A DNA stretch of 31,664 nt from Tubiluchus corallicola (GCA_030141605.1 JAQGDQ010000523.1:122464-154127); one strand, 5' to 3'; shown: positions 11,916-24,520, counted from the first letter of the stretch. Notes: generated by a model from the letters alone, not told the origin. Program-made: numbers and translations.

Positions 11916-12699
11916 ATCACCGCAAACTTGTGGATTAATAAATTTTGTCTAATTCACAAAACAAAAAACTTAGTATAGCTTCACAGCAGACAAACATCAT
12001 CAATGAATGTCATCATTACATTCGTCGCGTCATTATCTTCATCATAGTCGTCACCGTCATCGTCATAAACAGTAATTGACAGATAATTAAGGTGTGAATA
12101 AGACAAAGAAGACAAACAAAGACAAATGAGTTAATGAATTGAGTTCATCGGACCAGGTTAACTATCCTTACTAACACAATCATTATCGTATCGTCATTGT
12201 TCAGGTAAAAGAGTCCGCCAGCTGAAAAGCCGCGATGGACGCGTTGCTTCCGAAGTTAAATAATGCTAGACCTGATTAGCAAATAAATTAAATGGCCGCC
12301 GTCAACATAAAAAGTAGGCCATTTCGTCACCAAGCCATCATCGTCTTTACCAACGCCATCGTCATCATCCTCGTTAGCTGAAAGATCTCATACACACCGT
12401 TAGCGTTTTTGACACATTTCTCAATTAAAGACCTCTCAGTCATCTTGTGGCGCATTCAGTTTGGCGAGGTCCGTGTCCATCGCAGTAGCCATCGTTTCTC
12501 ATTTTCTCAGTGGATTACGCAACGTAATAAAGTAGAAAACGAGTCGAGTCACCGCTGATAAATCTGTAAACGCTCGCTGTTTACCCTTTTACTAATAGAG
12601 AACTAATGAAGCACGGCGAATCGCAAAGGAAACTCGAAACTTCGATCAACTGCAACATCGAAAGCGTCACCACGTTGGATCGAACGTGATGCCAGGCTC

Positions 12700-12955
12700 T
12701 TAAAGGACAAAAAACACTCTTAATAAATAAAACTTGCGAAATTTGTCTTGAAATTTCTTATCGCTTACATATATTGCACGCACAACTTGGGTTAGCAGTA
12801 ATACTGTATAAAACTTGGAAAATTTTAAACTCCCCCGATGACCGATAGGGTAGGCGCAGCCATTTTAACAGTAAGTGGTTTAAAAACAAGTTTAGACAAT
12901 ATTAGTTAAAAAAGTAAGAGCTTTCGTAGCACACTCCTCGCTAATTAAGCAACAC
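12700..12955 (+). mobile_element. Non-autonomous DNA transposon fragment, Kolobok-like, copy 1
   Basis: Begins TTAA-AGGACAA. Shares AAAACAC, CTGTATAAAACTTG, TAGGCGCAGCCATTTTAACAGTAAGT and CGTAGCACACTC with 16972-17759 and/or 31400-31664. Confidence 0.6.
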
Positions 12956-13409
12956 TATAAATTACATTATATTTACAATAAATAAGCAGACCAGTAAAGA
13001 AATTGATACAGCAACTTAAGCAATAATTATGTATTTGCAAAAACCAAATAGGTAACGAATAAGCAGATCTGAAGAACAGAAATTAATACAGTAACAAATA
13101 GCTAAGTGTTTAAAAATGCTGGTCTGTTTATTCATTACCTATTTGGCTTCTGTTAATTACTTAATTAGTGCATAATAAGCTCTGCCTATATAAACTGGTT
13201 GTATTGTTTGCACATTTATTACTGATGATGACAGCAGCAGCTAGTGGAAATGTTTGGCATGATTTTAACTTTTAACATTTTAATGTAAAAGTTTTTAGTA
13301 AAGTTGTGTTGTTTTTAACTATAAATGTTTTACGTGTCTGTAATAAAGTTACTTGCTTGTTCGTAAATGCTCTTGCTCTTCTTTCACGTATTTATAAAGT
13401 GCAAGTTAT

Positions 13410-13758
13410 AGTAAAAATAATTTCATTGTATAGTGGATAGTGCGTTGTAGTAAAAATAATTTCGTTGTATAGTGGATAGTGCGTTGTATTGGTTGTGTGT
13501 AGCTCCGTTAGATCAGGGGCCTTTGGCATTGCTTTTTATTATATTTATTGTTTGATGTTTAATAAACGTGTCATTTTATAATGAGACTCTTCATAGCTTT
13601 GCCGTTCCTCAAGCATCAATAAGCAACTACACACAACCAATACAACGCACTATCCACTATACAACCAAATTATTTTTACTACAACGCGCTATCCACTATA
13701 CAATGAAAATATTTTTACTACAACGCGCTATCCACTATACAATGAAATTATTTTTACT
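13410..13758. mobile_element. Foldback/MITE-like element with inverted arms made of 39-bp tandem units
   Basis: The left arm (13410-13502, 2 units) and right arm (13627-13758, 3 units) are reverse complements. Termini are AGT...ACT; GTTAT flanks both sides (13405-13409 and 13759-13763). Confidence 0.75.
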
Positions 13759-14389
13759 GTTATGGTTTTCCTGAAGTTAGATAACTTTAACCTCAGCCTC
13801 ACCTTAACGCTAAAAACAGCACCAATACTACGTCACGTGTATGTGAAAATTATTATAATTTAGCGTGTGAAGCCGTTGCAGGCGTGTTAGTAACAACAAC
13901 CATGCGACCTTTTGTAAGTTACGAATATCACCGTTAATCAGCCGGCAGCTGCAGCTAATACGCCGTTAGACAAAATCCAGGTATTAGCTTCAGTTATTAC
14001 AAACGCCACACACAACGACGTAGTTCTAATTAAGAAACTGATTAAGGTTGCTCAAGAAGCCCCGAATGTATGACACGAGCATACATTGTCTGTACATATA
14101 AGTCAAAATTGAACACACAGTACAACTCCAGGGGAGTGAAGCGATGGACTTACTGCACATAACTAAAGTGTGCCAGGTCTCTAGATGCCCATAATTTGCC
14201 GAATAACAACTTGGACGTCTGCTAACAACTGGAAGGAAATATTAGTTTGACAATATTAGTGGAAAATTACTGCAGCGATGATTTCGTCTGCTTGGTGACG
14301 TTTCTAGCTAGACAAATAAAAAAGAAACGAACCAAATCTGGATGATAATAGGTAAACAAGTGTTGATTCTCATTGATATCCTGAACCTT

Positions 14390-14620
14390 TAGTCCATTGG
14401 GCCTGAACATTTGCGCAACCTGTTTAGATGTTTACACATTATTCGCGAACTGTTCTAAGGGCACGCATATTATTAAACCCGAGAATGTCTTTTTCGGCTA
14501 TCACACTTTTTAGAGAAACTCCGAAGTATAAGAAGTACACAATAGGCATTCTATTCACAAGAATTTCTCTTGTAATCGAGTAATTAAGCCCTGGAACAGT
14601 CTGACTGCGTTATTTAACAG
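14390..14620 (+). pseudogene. CR1-like LINE 3' coding remnant
   Basis: Translates HKNFSCNRVIKPWNSL (~14556-14603), matching the CR1-type C-terminal FFSNRVxxxWNSL motif. Confidence 0.55.
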
Positions 14621-15589
14621 CCCAAAACGGCGCCACTTGTATGCGCCCAAAACAAAAAAAAACTGTTTAAATTCAGACTTTAAAATGTTGACAGTTTTCA
14701 TTTATTTAACAGAAACATGCAAGCAGCTTTTATGGTTTTGTATCTGTTTTAACACGTAATCTTATCTGTACAGTTTAATATTTGCGCAATTTTTAACTAT
14801 GTATGTGTTTTTTTCTTATGAACGTATTTTTGCTCTTCTATAAGATTACGTAATGAATGAAACAAGAACTATCACCAGAATTGACCTTCTCAGCGTCTTT
14901 TTGCTATGTGTCCTTATGGCCGTGTTTTTATGGCTGCTGTAATACATGGCTCATTGACTGAGCAATCTCGTAAAAGATTACAATTACGTACATAAGTAAA
15001 ACACATACATAATTAAAAACTATGCAAAAATTAAACTATAGCAAATAAAATAAGATGTAGATAAACTAAGACGATTACAATGTCCCTAACGAATAAATTC
15101 TGCTGGCTGTAGTGCTGCTTCTAATTTCTTATACCCCATGCCTAATCTATTATAATCTTGCTAAAGATGTTTTGCGTAGTGATTAACAGATGAAATGATT
15201 CTTACAATTATTTATTATCCCTGCACTAACACAGCCTTCATCCGGATCTTATTGGCTATACTGATAATAATGTGCTGCAATAGACTCATCAATACCATAC
15301 ATAAATATGGCGAGAGTGCATCTGTAAATATGGTGAGAGTGTATCAGTGAACATATGCTAACAAACTTATAACGAAGGTGTGTTTGAACGTGCCTGGCAT
15401 TTAAATATGCCGCCACATTAAAATGGCTTCAGATGCTGTATGGCTTCCATGAGGAGGCAGCGTGGGAGCAAATGTTATATGAAGAACCACACACACCAGA
15501 TCGATGTTTTGAGTTATTGCTATAATAACCAAGACATTAAAAGCCCAGGAGGAAAATATATATTATTACTAGCTGAGTGTTCAGCTGTT

Positions 15590-16340
15590 ACTGATGATCT
15601 TAATAATTACATGGACCTTTGAAAAGATATTAATGCATGTATTACATGCATTGTCAACAACCATAGACTATTACAGAGGGCGGCAATCTCTTAGCCATAG
15701 TTATAAAAACAGGAGAGAAATTTTGCAGCAGAGGCCAAAGCAGAGTGACTATGTAAAGTGGACTACTGCGCCACTTCAAATTTGATATTGATGGCATGTC
15801 AGAAAATGGCCGGGCTTTTGCAAGATTAACAAAAAATTCGACATTAAAGACCACCAAAACCAGCAAATTTGGAATATCCGTTACTATAAAGACTTAGCAG
15901 TTGGAAAAATATAGCATGATGTATAATTTATATTCTCAAAAATCATTAAAAGTTTTTATTTCCTAATTAGAAACGCAGCTAAAAAAGCCAGTGCTGGAAC
16001 TAAAGAGTTTCAAATGACTTTCACATGTGTACCAGAAAACATTCACATGGCTAACTGAGTTATACTGATACGAGATCTACGATAATTCAATGCGGTAACG
16101 AAATTATTGAATAAGAACTCTAGAGATTTCCGTCGGATAAAACTCTAATCTACCGACATAAGCGAGACGAGAAAAAGCTCGAAGAAGCAACTTACTAAAT
16201 AAGTATAAAAGCTTAAATTATACGGTGAGTTTGGGGAAACAATTCTTTTGCCTGAAAGTCCACGGGTTTCTTTAATGTTGTGGTATATTGTATTTGTATA
16301 TTTTTTTTATTATATTAGAGTTGATGTGAAATAAATGAGC
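15590..16340 (+). pseudogene. Heavily decayed LINE remnant, possibly related to the 7154-11773 element
   Basis: FEKILMHVLHALSTTIDYYRGRQS resembles CLYTMKEVIDYYIQRQS in the intact copy. Ends in a GT-rich tract and AATAAA near 16330. Confidence 0.35.
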
Positions 16341-16399
16341 TTCAAAGCTCAAAAATTCGGCACAGCCTACTCGATTTCATAATCAAAGACAATCCTATT

Positions 16400-16441
16400 G
16401 AGAGAGAGAGAGAGAGAGAGCGGGAGAGGGAGAGGGAGGGG

Positions 16442-16476
<35 letters not shown>

Positions 16477-16670
16477 AGGGAGAGGGAGGGAGGGAGAGAG
16501 AGAGAGAGAGAGAAAGAGGCTAAGAAAAGGAGCACGTTAATTTAAGGAAAAGACTCCCTGCTTTCATTTCTTTTTTGCTTCTCTTTCTTACGAAGGTAAA
16601 ATGATTGACGATTCTAAAAGGTGAAATCCCACTAAAGTCAGATACACATTGAAGAATCAAGTCGCACTTT
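16400..16670 (-). repeat. Dispersed repeat ending in a (TC)n tract, copy 2 (inverted, uninterrupted)
   Basis: (GA)n/(GGGA) tract at 16400-16512, then the reverse complement of 6923-7098. Confidence 0.85.
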
Positions 16671-16971
16671 TTCTTTCCACCATATTAGAGAGAAACATTA
16701 AATTGGCAGAGTTATCTTTTTCAGATGCGATTACGTGCTTCTTCGATGAGAGAAATAGCCAGGATTCTCGGCGCAGTTTTCCCGGCGCCATCCATCTGAT
16801 TACTAACTAAACTCGCTGTTGGTTAACTATCGTAGCCAAGTACATAACTGTGACCACTCGGCTATTTTCTCTTGCTCCACAATTCTACTAACTTTTATTG
16901 TAAAACAAACGTCTTCGATGAGGCCATGTGCTCTCTAGGAGGTGCACATACAAGACGTATTGTGAAGACTT

Positions 16972-17759
16972 ACTGGACAAGAAAACACCCTGATAAATAA
17001 ATCTTAAAAAAAATCGCTTTGAAATTTGCTATCACTTACATGCTGTCATTGTATACAGAGTATGTATTAGCAGTAATGCTGTATAAAAAAAACTTGCAAT
17101 CTTAAACTCCATAGATGACCGTGAGGCGCAGACACTTTAAAGGGTAAATTGACTGAAACAAGTTTAGGTAACGTTAGGTAAAGTTTGAAATACTAATCTG
17201 AGCATTTGTATGCTCTTATTGTATACAGAGTTTGCATTAGCAGTAACGCTGTATAAAACTTGTAATCTTAAACTTCATAGATCACTGTTAGGCGCAGGCA
17301 CTTTAATGGTAAATTGTTTGAAGCAAGTTTAAATAACGTTAGGCAAAGTTTGAAATAATAATCAGAGCATTTGCAGAAGCAAAAGTTTAAATTACTTTAT
17401 GTCAATAAAATCAATAGTGTGTTTTTGATGAATCAATGTGCACGCTGGGTTGGCAATGCAATGCCTTTTTACCAGGTGGGGCGAATATTTTAAGTTATTA
17501 AAAATTTCTTTTAAATTTGCATAAGTCTTTCAAACAGGTAAGCGTGATTGTCCTGGATTGTTGCAAGTGTAAAATAGTCGCGATTTCAAACACTCGTCGA
17601 AGCCGCATTCATAGGTAATTTTGACCTTGTAAAGGTAACATGGCATACGTGATCATAAACATTGTACCTAACTTATTTTTAGATATAATGAATATCGAAT
17701 GTTACAAAACCCTTCTGTCAAACTAACTCATTGGTAATGTGTAGATACTGTGTCTTTAA
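16972..17759 (+). mobile_element. Kolobok-like non-autonomous element, copy 2, with an internal ~170-bp tandem duplication
   Basis: Degenerate start GGACAAGAAAACAC and candidate end TGTGTCT-TTAA (TTAA at 17756-17759). TGTATACAGAG...GAGCATTTG is duplicated at ~17050-17209 and ~17220-17373. Confidence 0.55.
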
Positions 17760-18229
17760 GAACACTCACATTACCCACGTTTAGACGGCTTAATTATAAA
17801 TTATTATCTTGATTAGTTTGTATGAGATGATTGCACTGTTTAATATTGTTTGTTTGTTTTCACTGTCGTTTTGTGTATGTAAATATACAAAACATAAATG
17901 TCAACATTACAATTACTCGTTTCTCTTTTTTGGCAGTTATTAAACACAAGTAAGTACAGTGTTCTACATATAAACGCGTATTATTATATATTCTATAAAC
18001 ATTTTATTATATGTAATCACATATTCTCTTTTTATTCAAGCTTTTTCGGTTTTTGTTACTAAAGAAACGGTAATTTAGGAACCTCGGACATTCGGCGCTT
18101 CTGCCCCTTTAAAGTATCAAATTTTTTCTTCAAAGTTCCGACATTTTTTGCTGATGTTAAGTAATAAAACTTTGCATTTAACGTTCTTTGGAATTCTCTT
18201 TCCTTCCTTTTTTAACACTGCAGTTAGGT

Positions 18230-18709
18230 TTCTATAATATATCTTGTGTGCGCCTTCATGCCATAGGGGCATCCCATCAATATAAGTTGATTGTCAATTT
18301 AACCGGAGTGGTCAGCGTAATTAACCAGTCATCAGGTCCATTAATGTACGGAAAACTCAATCTCTAATAGGTCAGAGATGGCTGTTCGGTTGGCTTCATA
18401 ACATAATAACACCCTGCGTGGAGGCTGCGCACTCAACACCACAATACGTCTCGGAAATCAAAGGTCTCTCACCTTTGCTCAGCATTTAGAAAAAATGGCT
18501 TTCGGTAAAAGACAACAATTGATCCCAAGCTTGCAAGATTTTTTCAGGCGTAGCTTCTTTGGAAACTGAACTATAAACTTTACACTGCGAATTACGGATA
18601 GTGGAAGCTGGTCAGAAAACTGAAATCGATGCACTCCAAAAATTTACTTTTACTGGTAGTAGTAGTGGTAGTGGTAGTGGTAGTGGTAGTGGTAGTGGTA
18701 GTAGTAGTG

Positions 18710-18796
<87 letters not shown>

Positions 18797-18934
18797 ATAG
18801 TAGCAGCAGTAGTAGTAGCAGTAGCAGTAGTAGTAGCAGTAGCAGTAGTAGCAGTAGTAGTAGTAGTAGTTGTCGTTGTCGTTGTTGCTGTTGTTATTGT
18901 TATTGTTGTTGTTGTTGTTGTTGTTGTTGCTGTT

Positions 18935-18981
<47 letters not shown>

Positions 18982-19750
18982 AGATTTATTGACCAGAATC
19001 TTTACACAATTGTATGAATGGGGTAGCAATCAGAAAAATCTAGTATGGTGACAGTCCATTCAAAACAGTTACAAATAATTTCAAATGTTGCAAGTTAGGT
19101 TAGTTATAACAAAAACATGATCATTTGTAAATATTAAAATTCTTATAAGCAAAATGCATTAGATCATGTTTATCCAAGCTGTTATATAATGCCTGTATAT
19201 TAATGAAGTCCAAATTGTTATAAAGTTCTCTAAAATGTTCACTTTTCACAGGCACTTTTCACTGACACCAAGTCGCCAAAAAGAATTTCAATCTAGAGCG
19301 TGTTACTTGTATAATTTAGCAAACAGGCAAAAATGCGATTCAGAGGAGCCTTTTCAAATGAATTAGTCAAGTTGTCAGCTCACTGAAGGGCAGTTTTGAT
19401 ACAAAGAAGAAAAAATAGAAGAGCCCCAAGCCCTTCACTGTCGCCTGCACCTAAGCATTTTCGGCGTATCGCATTTAATATGCATAACAACTGGAGAAAC
19501 AAGAAGATAGTTGATCACGTTTTTGTCTAAAAGAAACATTTGGTGAACATTATTTCTCGTCTCAAACAACATAATAACTCTAGATGAAGTTTAACATTAG
19601 CTAGCATTAGGGGTCTCCACTGGCAGCAAGTGACAAGATACAGATTGTGCCTTATTAAACAACTGACAGTCTGGCTGGTAGTACCCATACCCCAGTTTTC
19701 CAAAGAATTTTACAAGAGTCCGGCCAACAATTTCCTGTAATAGTGTTAAA
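18230..19750 (-). pseudogene. Decayed CR1/L2-type LINE ORF2 remnants interrupted by a microsatellite
   Basis: Ordered minus-strand fragments: NVINYLLVS (APE IDY motif), CIDFS (cf. IDFSKAFD), CGV..PQG, YING and NYADHS (cf. YINDL..YADD). Confidence 0.5.
18654..18983. repeat. Compound trinucleotide microsatellite (TGG/TAG)n-(TAG/CAG)n-(TTG)n
   Basis: Read directly; source of the poly-T, poly-S/C and poly-V ORFs. Confidence 0.95.
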
Positions 19751-19838
19751 TGTTATAAGTCTTAATTAAAAATTCAAAGGCGGTCAGTACAAAAGTACTC
19801 AATGTTGAAATTATAAACACAAATGCCAAAGCACTTAC

Positions 19839-20055
19839 TTTCGCAGGTGATTCGCACTTTGGTCGCCCACAATGTTCTTGATGACGCGAGTAACTTTTGC
19901 CGTTACCAAGAGGATCTTGAAGGAGCCGACACGCAACCCCACCATATGTAGTCCAAAAGCCAGTTTACACTGCTGTCCACTGCCACCATACCATGGACTC
20001 TTAATTTGAACACGCACATCATGGTTGTTCTTGACATCAAGTAACATGTAATGAC
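19839..20055 (-). CDS. ALK: Coding exon: central part of a MAM domain
   Basis: Encodes (G)HYMLLDVKNNHDVRVQIKSPWYGGSGQQCKLAFGLHMVGLRVGSFKILLVTAKVTRVIKNIVGDQSANHLR(N). Acceptor TTGTTTTGCAG and donor GTAAGT; 217 nt, phase 1/2. AA joins C of exon 3757-3890 in frame. Confidence 0.85.
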
Positions 20056-20291
20056 CTGCAAAACAATTTGGCGTTTTAGCCTCATTTGATTATGTATTTC
20101 TTTCACACAATCAATATGAAGTTATGTGAACTCAAGGCTTGCACAGGGTAACAACAAATGACGTTAAGAATTCTGAGCCTTTTTAACAAAAGTTACAGAA
20201 AAAATCGCATTGAAAATGCTTAATATTTGGTTAAACAACGTTTCATAGTTGTGACTTTGTGTGTTAATCACACTAACATTACAGATTGTGG

Positions 20292-21200
20292 CAATTCAAT
20301 TCAATTCAATTTCAATTTATTTATCTGTTTATAGTGTTACAATAAAACATGATTAATAAAAGAATCTCTAATAAGTTTTGAAAAATGGTTAAAAGGTAGA
20401 TCTAGAACCTGAGAAAGGATAGCGAAAAGACTATAAAGTCACCTAGTCTGCTATCCTTTACCGAATATAGATAAAAAGACACTGGTGGCCATTAATGTTT
20501 AATTTAGGAAACATTAGTAATTTTTAAAACTATAACTATAACGTTTTCTATATAATCCAGAGAAAAGAATATACATGTAGTTTAATTAGTGGGCAACAAA
20601 ATAAAGTCAATCTTGATTAAACTAAAAATTGCATTAAGATTTTATGTGAAATACAGGTAAAAATTGGTATGAAATGATAAAAACACTATAGGTTAATAAT
20701 GCTTTTAATCAACAACAGGAGTTAAATACATTTTGATTTTAGTTCAACTTCATTATTTCTAGGCTTATTGATTAAGAACAAATCTACTGACTTGGACAAT
20801 AATACTAAATAATATAATTCTCAATATACCGATAAGACAAACATTTAGCTATACAGTTTTTTTAGTAATTTTATAAAGGAGAGGTAAGACTTGTGCAATC
20901 TGTGAACAACACCTAAATCTTTACTCATAAAATAGTATTGCAGTATGGCTTTAATAATTACTCTGCTGTAAAGAAGAGATGAAAGACAGAGAAATTTCCT
21001 GATATTTAGGATAATAAAGCAAGCAAGCGAAGCCATCTAGAAGTCAACAAGCCCATAGATCGCACAATATTTCGCCCAGGTATTACTACATACGTAATAG
21101 ATCAAACTTCGTAATGTCGCCTTTAAGGCATTTGTCATTGAGGCGCTTTGCCAGGAAAAGGGGTTAAACCAATTTGAACTAATTAATAATTCTGTGTCCA
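20292..21200 (-). mobile_element. 3' end of a decayed CR1/L2-type LINE
   Basis: The minus strand ends ATAAATAAA-(TTGAA)n at ~20292-20324. A 10-bp stem AAAGGATAGC/GCTATCCTTT (20414-20459) precedes it. The upstream boundary is approximate. Confidence 0.5.
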
Positions 21201-22196
21201 GATGATTAAAGAGGCTGCAAGCGAAATATATATGGTCATTAAATTTTTAAGTGCATTACAGTACTATCATGTTGAATGACAAATGCTCGTGCCAACCCCT
21301 TCCACAAATAATACAAGTATAATTTAAAAGTGTGCAACATCGAAAAGCGAATTATTTAACAAGAGAAATAAACCATGAAAGTTGTTGATTTGAAAACATT
21401 CTAATTACCGTCACACCAATCAAAGGTTCCATAACGTTGTTTTGCTTTTCTTCAACACATTTTTGTCATTTTTTACTTAACAGCTGCAGAAACAATCTAA
21501 GTCGCCATATAGCAAAATCAGCAATTCTGCACACAAATTTACTCCAAAAACCGCTAATGGACAGACCTAATGATAACATTTATTTTAATACTGTCTAATC
21601 GTAATCTTGATACATTGTGACAGAACTACAAGAAATGGCGTTTTAGCTTAAAAATTTTTACCATTAACTTTAAGCACGCCATCTAGCGTGATATTTAGGT
21701 AATGTCAACAAAAGAAACTGCGTTAAACGCAGTGTGACATTTTTGCCCGGCCAATTTCAAAGTCGAACAATCAGAAAATGAGACCCGGACGCGTTAGCGC
21801 GCGATCAAAACGAAAATTGACAATTGTCGGTTCGTGCAAATTCGATGGAGTGCCGATATTTCGCGGCGGATAATCAGATTTGAACCTACACAGAAATACG
21901 GCAAATTGAATTCTCTTGATGAAGCTGCGCCGTTAGTAAAGAAGCCCACGACAAGCGAGTTAAAATATGCATGTCATCTCGCGTAAAATGGAAGAAAATC
22001 ATCAAAGAAAAATGTCTGGGCATGCGGGGCAGAGCCACCCAGCTGCACCCTGTTGGTGTACTCGGTACTGCTTTAGCCCTACGATATATATACATATAAT
22101 TGAAAAGAACGACCACACATTTACGTGAGATTCAGACGCCCACCTTACGCGAGATTGAAGCCAATGTCAGACAGTTGAATAGAGAAGCCACCTTAT

Positions 22197-22269
22197 AATC
22201 TGCAACCTGCATATGTTGCGCCCCCACATCAGGAAGAGGCTTCAGGGGCCTTAGGCGCTTTAAAATCAG
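22197..22269 (+). repeat. Short dispersed segment shared with 28409-28485, probably LINE-derived
   Basis: Both carry AATCTGCARCCTG...CCACATCAGGAAGAGGCTTCA..GGCCTTAG...CTTTAAAATCAG. PHQEEASKAL resembles the LINE PTxEEVxKA motif. Confidence 0.6.
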
Positions 22270-23828
22270 TACCTTGCATAAAGGTTTTTACAAAATTTCT
22301 GCTAAATGTCACAGGAATGTAATACGTCCCTTGGAGGCTTTGGCGATTTGTTATCTATTGTGACTTTTGAAAGCTGCCGTAATATAATATGTTTCTAGCG
22401 GCTTTGAGGATTTGCTGTCTTTTATGACTTCTTTCCTCGATCACATTTTCACTACATCATCTTGAGCATGCTCATGTTTTCTTTTTATTATTATTATTAA
22501 TTATTTATTTGTCATTAAAATGGTTCACTCATTATAATAAAATTGAGTAAACCTCAGCGTAATGTTAATATAACAACACTGTTCAAGACAAATGCGTCCA
22601 GTGCATACTAAAAAAACTAAAGTGCAAAACTAAGGCCTAATTATATACAATAAATGAACATATTTACAAACACCTTATCAAAATATTTTTACAAAACAAT
22701 ATTACAAAAGTACATTAAATTTTACATGACATATTTTACACTATATATACATTTGACATGACACAATTAACAGAAACATGCTTTACATTACATAAATTTC
22801 ACTCATTACATTTACACTATTTATACATTTGACATTACAAAACTAACATAACACGTTATTACATTACATAATTTTTTAAAAATTTTACATTCTTAATCGT
22901 TTTATGGAGTCAAGGGCGGCGGAAGATGAAAGTTGAGTCTGTGTAATTAGTATCAGATGAACAATCTGGAAGTTGAAACCTGTTTTCTTTTTATCCTACT
23001 AAAGTTGTTTTTTGTGAAATTTACATTACGGTTTACGTATGCAGCTGGTTTTATATGTTCATTGCAATTTTCAATTTTTTGCGTTACACATTATTTCGCG
23101 TTACACCTACGGACAACCTACACCTGCTAGTTTTCGTTGATAACAATTAACGTCACAGGCGAAATTATCTATAGACGTTTCCATTAAAGCTTATGAGAGT
23201 TGGTGAACTCTCTAAGTACAAGAGTAAAACAAATACTGCCCTAGAGCAACAGGATTATGTTAGCGTGTCTGATTCAACTCATAAACGCGAATAATCTGCT
23301 GTGAAGTCGACTTTTGACTCCAAACAACAACGCGGAACGCCTTAGGCTTCAATAAAAAACAGCAAAAACAAGAAAATTTACAACGAATACGTATTTTTGA
23401 TTAGAAAAACCGTTTCTTCTAATTCAACTGTGTTTCCTATGATTTTTTACGACTTCAGCACATACGCATTCATAATTCGCCTTTTAAGTAAAGGCCCTAG
23501 GTGGTATTCAATTCAAATTTATATTCCGGCAACTAAGACCATGTAAAATACAAATACGGTGCTAAAATGAAATAAAATATAATGAAATAAAAATTACAAG
23601 AGTAAATAAACACACAGGGTTAGTAAATTAAAAGCTAAATAAATTCTAAAGGCTAATTATGTAATAATTTGTTCCATTTCACAAAAAGCAAGATTTGACA
23701 AGTCTATGTGAGTTAATAATAGCAGTTGTAACACTATTGCCAGTGTGCAGTAGTAACCTATTTCGAACGCTATAGCATGATCTTCTGCGAATATGACCAA
23801 AATGTTGTAGAGATTATAAGTTTATAAT

Positions 23829-24520
23829 CTGCAATCGTTTATAGGTTTAGACACATGTCAGAGGCACTGCAATCGTAGTTAGGTTTAGACATATGTCAGA
23901 AGCACTGCAATCGTAGATAGGTTTAGACACATGTCAGAAGCACTGCAATCGTAGATAGGTTTAGACACATGTCAGAAGCACTGCAATCGTAGATAGGTTT
24001 AGACACATGTCAGAAGCACTGCAATCGTAGTTAGGTTTAGACACATGTCAGAAGCACTGCAATCGTAGATAGGTTTAGACACATGTCAGAAGCACTGCAA
24101 TCGTAGATAGGTTTAGACACATGTCAGAAGCACTGCAATCGTAGTTAGGTTTAGACACATGTCAGAAGCACTGCAATCGTAGTTAGGTTTAGACACATGT
24201 CAGAAGTACTGCAATCGTAGTTAGGTTTAGACACATGTCAGAAGCACTGCAATCGTAGTTAGGTTTAGACACATGTCAGAAGCACTGCAATCGTAGATAG
24301 GTTTAGACACATGTCAGAAGCACTGCAATCGTAGTTAGGTTTAGACACATGTCAGAGGCACTGCAATCGTAGTTAGGTTTAGACACATGTCAGAAGCACT
24401 GCAATCGTAGTTAGGTTTAGACACATGTCAGAAGTACTGCAATCGTAGTTAGGTTTAGACACATGTCAGAAGCACTGCAATCGTAGTTAGGTTTAGACAC
24501 ATGTCAGAAGCACTGCAATC
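23829..24520. repeat. 38-bp minisatellite, about 18 near-identical copies
   Basis: Unit AGGTTTAGACACATGTCAGAAGCACTGCAATCGTAG(T/A)T, head-to-tail with no spacers. Confidence 0.97.

Noticed and set aside
18592-19051. Poly-Thr, poly-Ser/Cys and poly-Val ORFs
   Set aside because: These are translations of a microsatellite, as are the ORFs at 27676-28247, 30070-30579 and 11717-11938.
19640-19736. Additional host exon next to 19839
   Set aside because: No MAM-like sequence; 19839 already joins 3890 in frame, and the region looks like LINE debris.
23829-24520. CRISPR array
   Set aside because: Units are contiguous with no unique spacers, there are no cas genes, and the context is eukaryotic.
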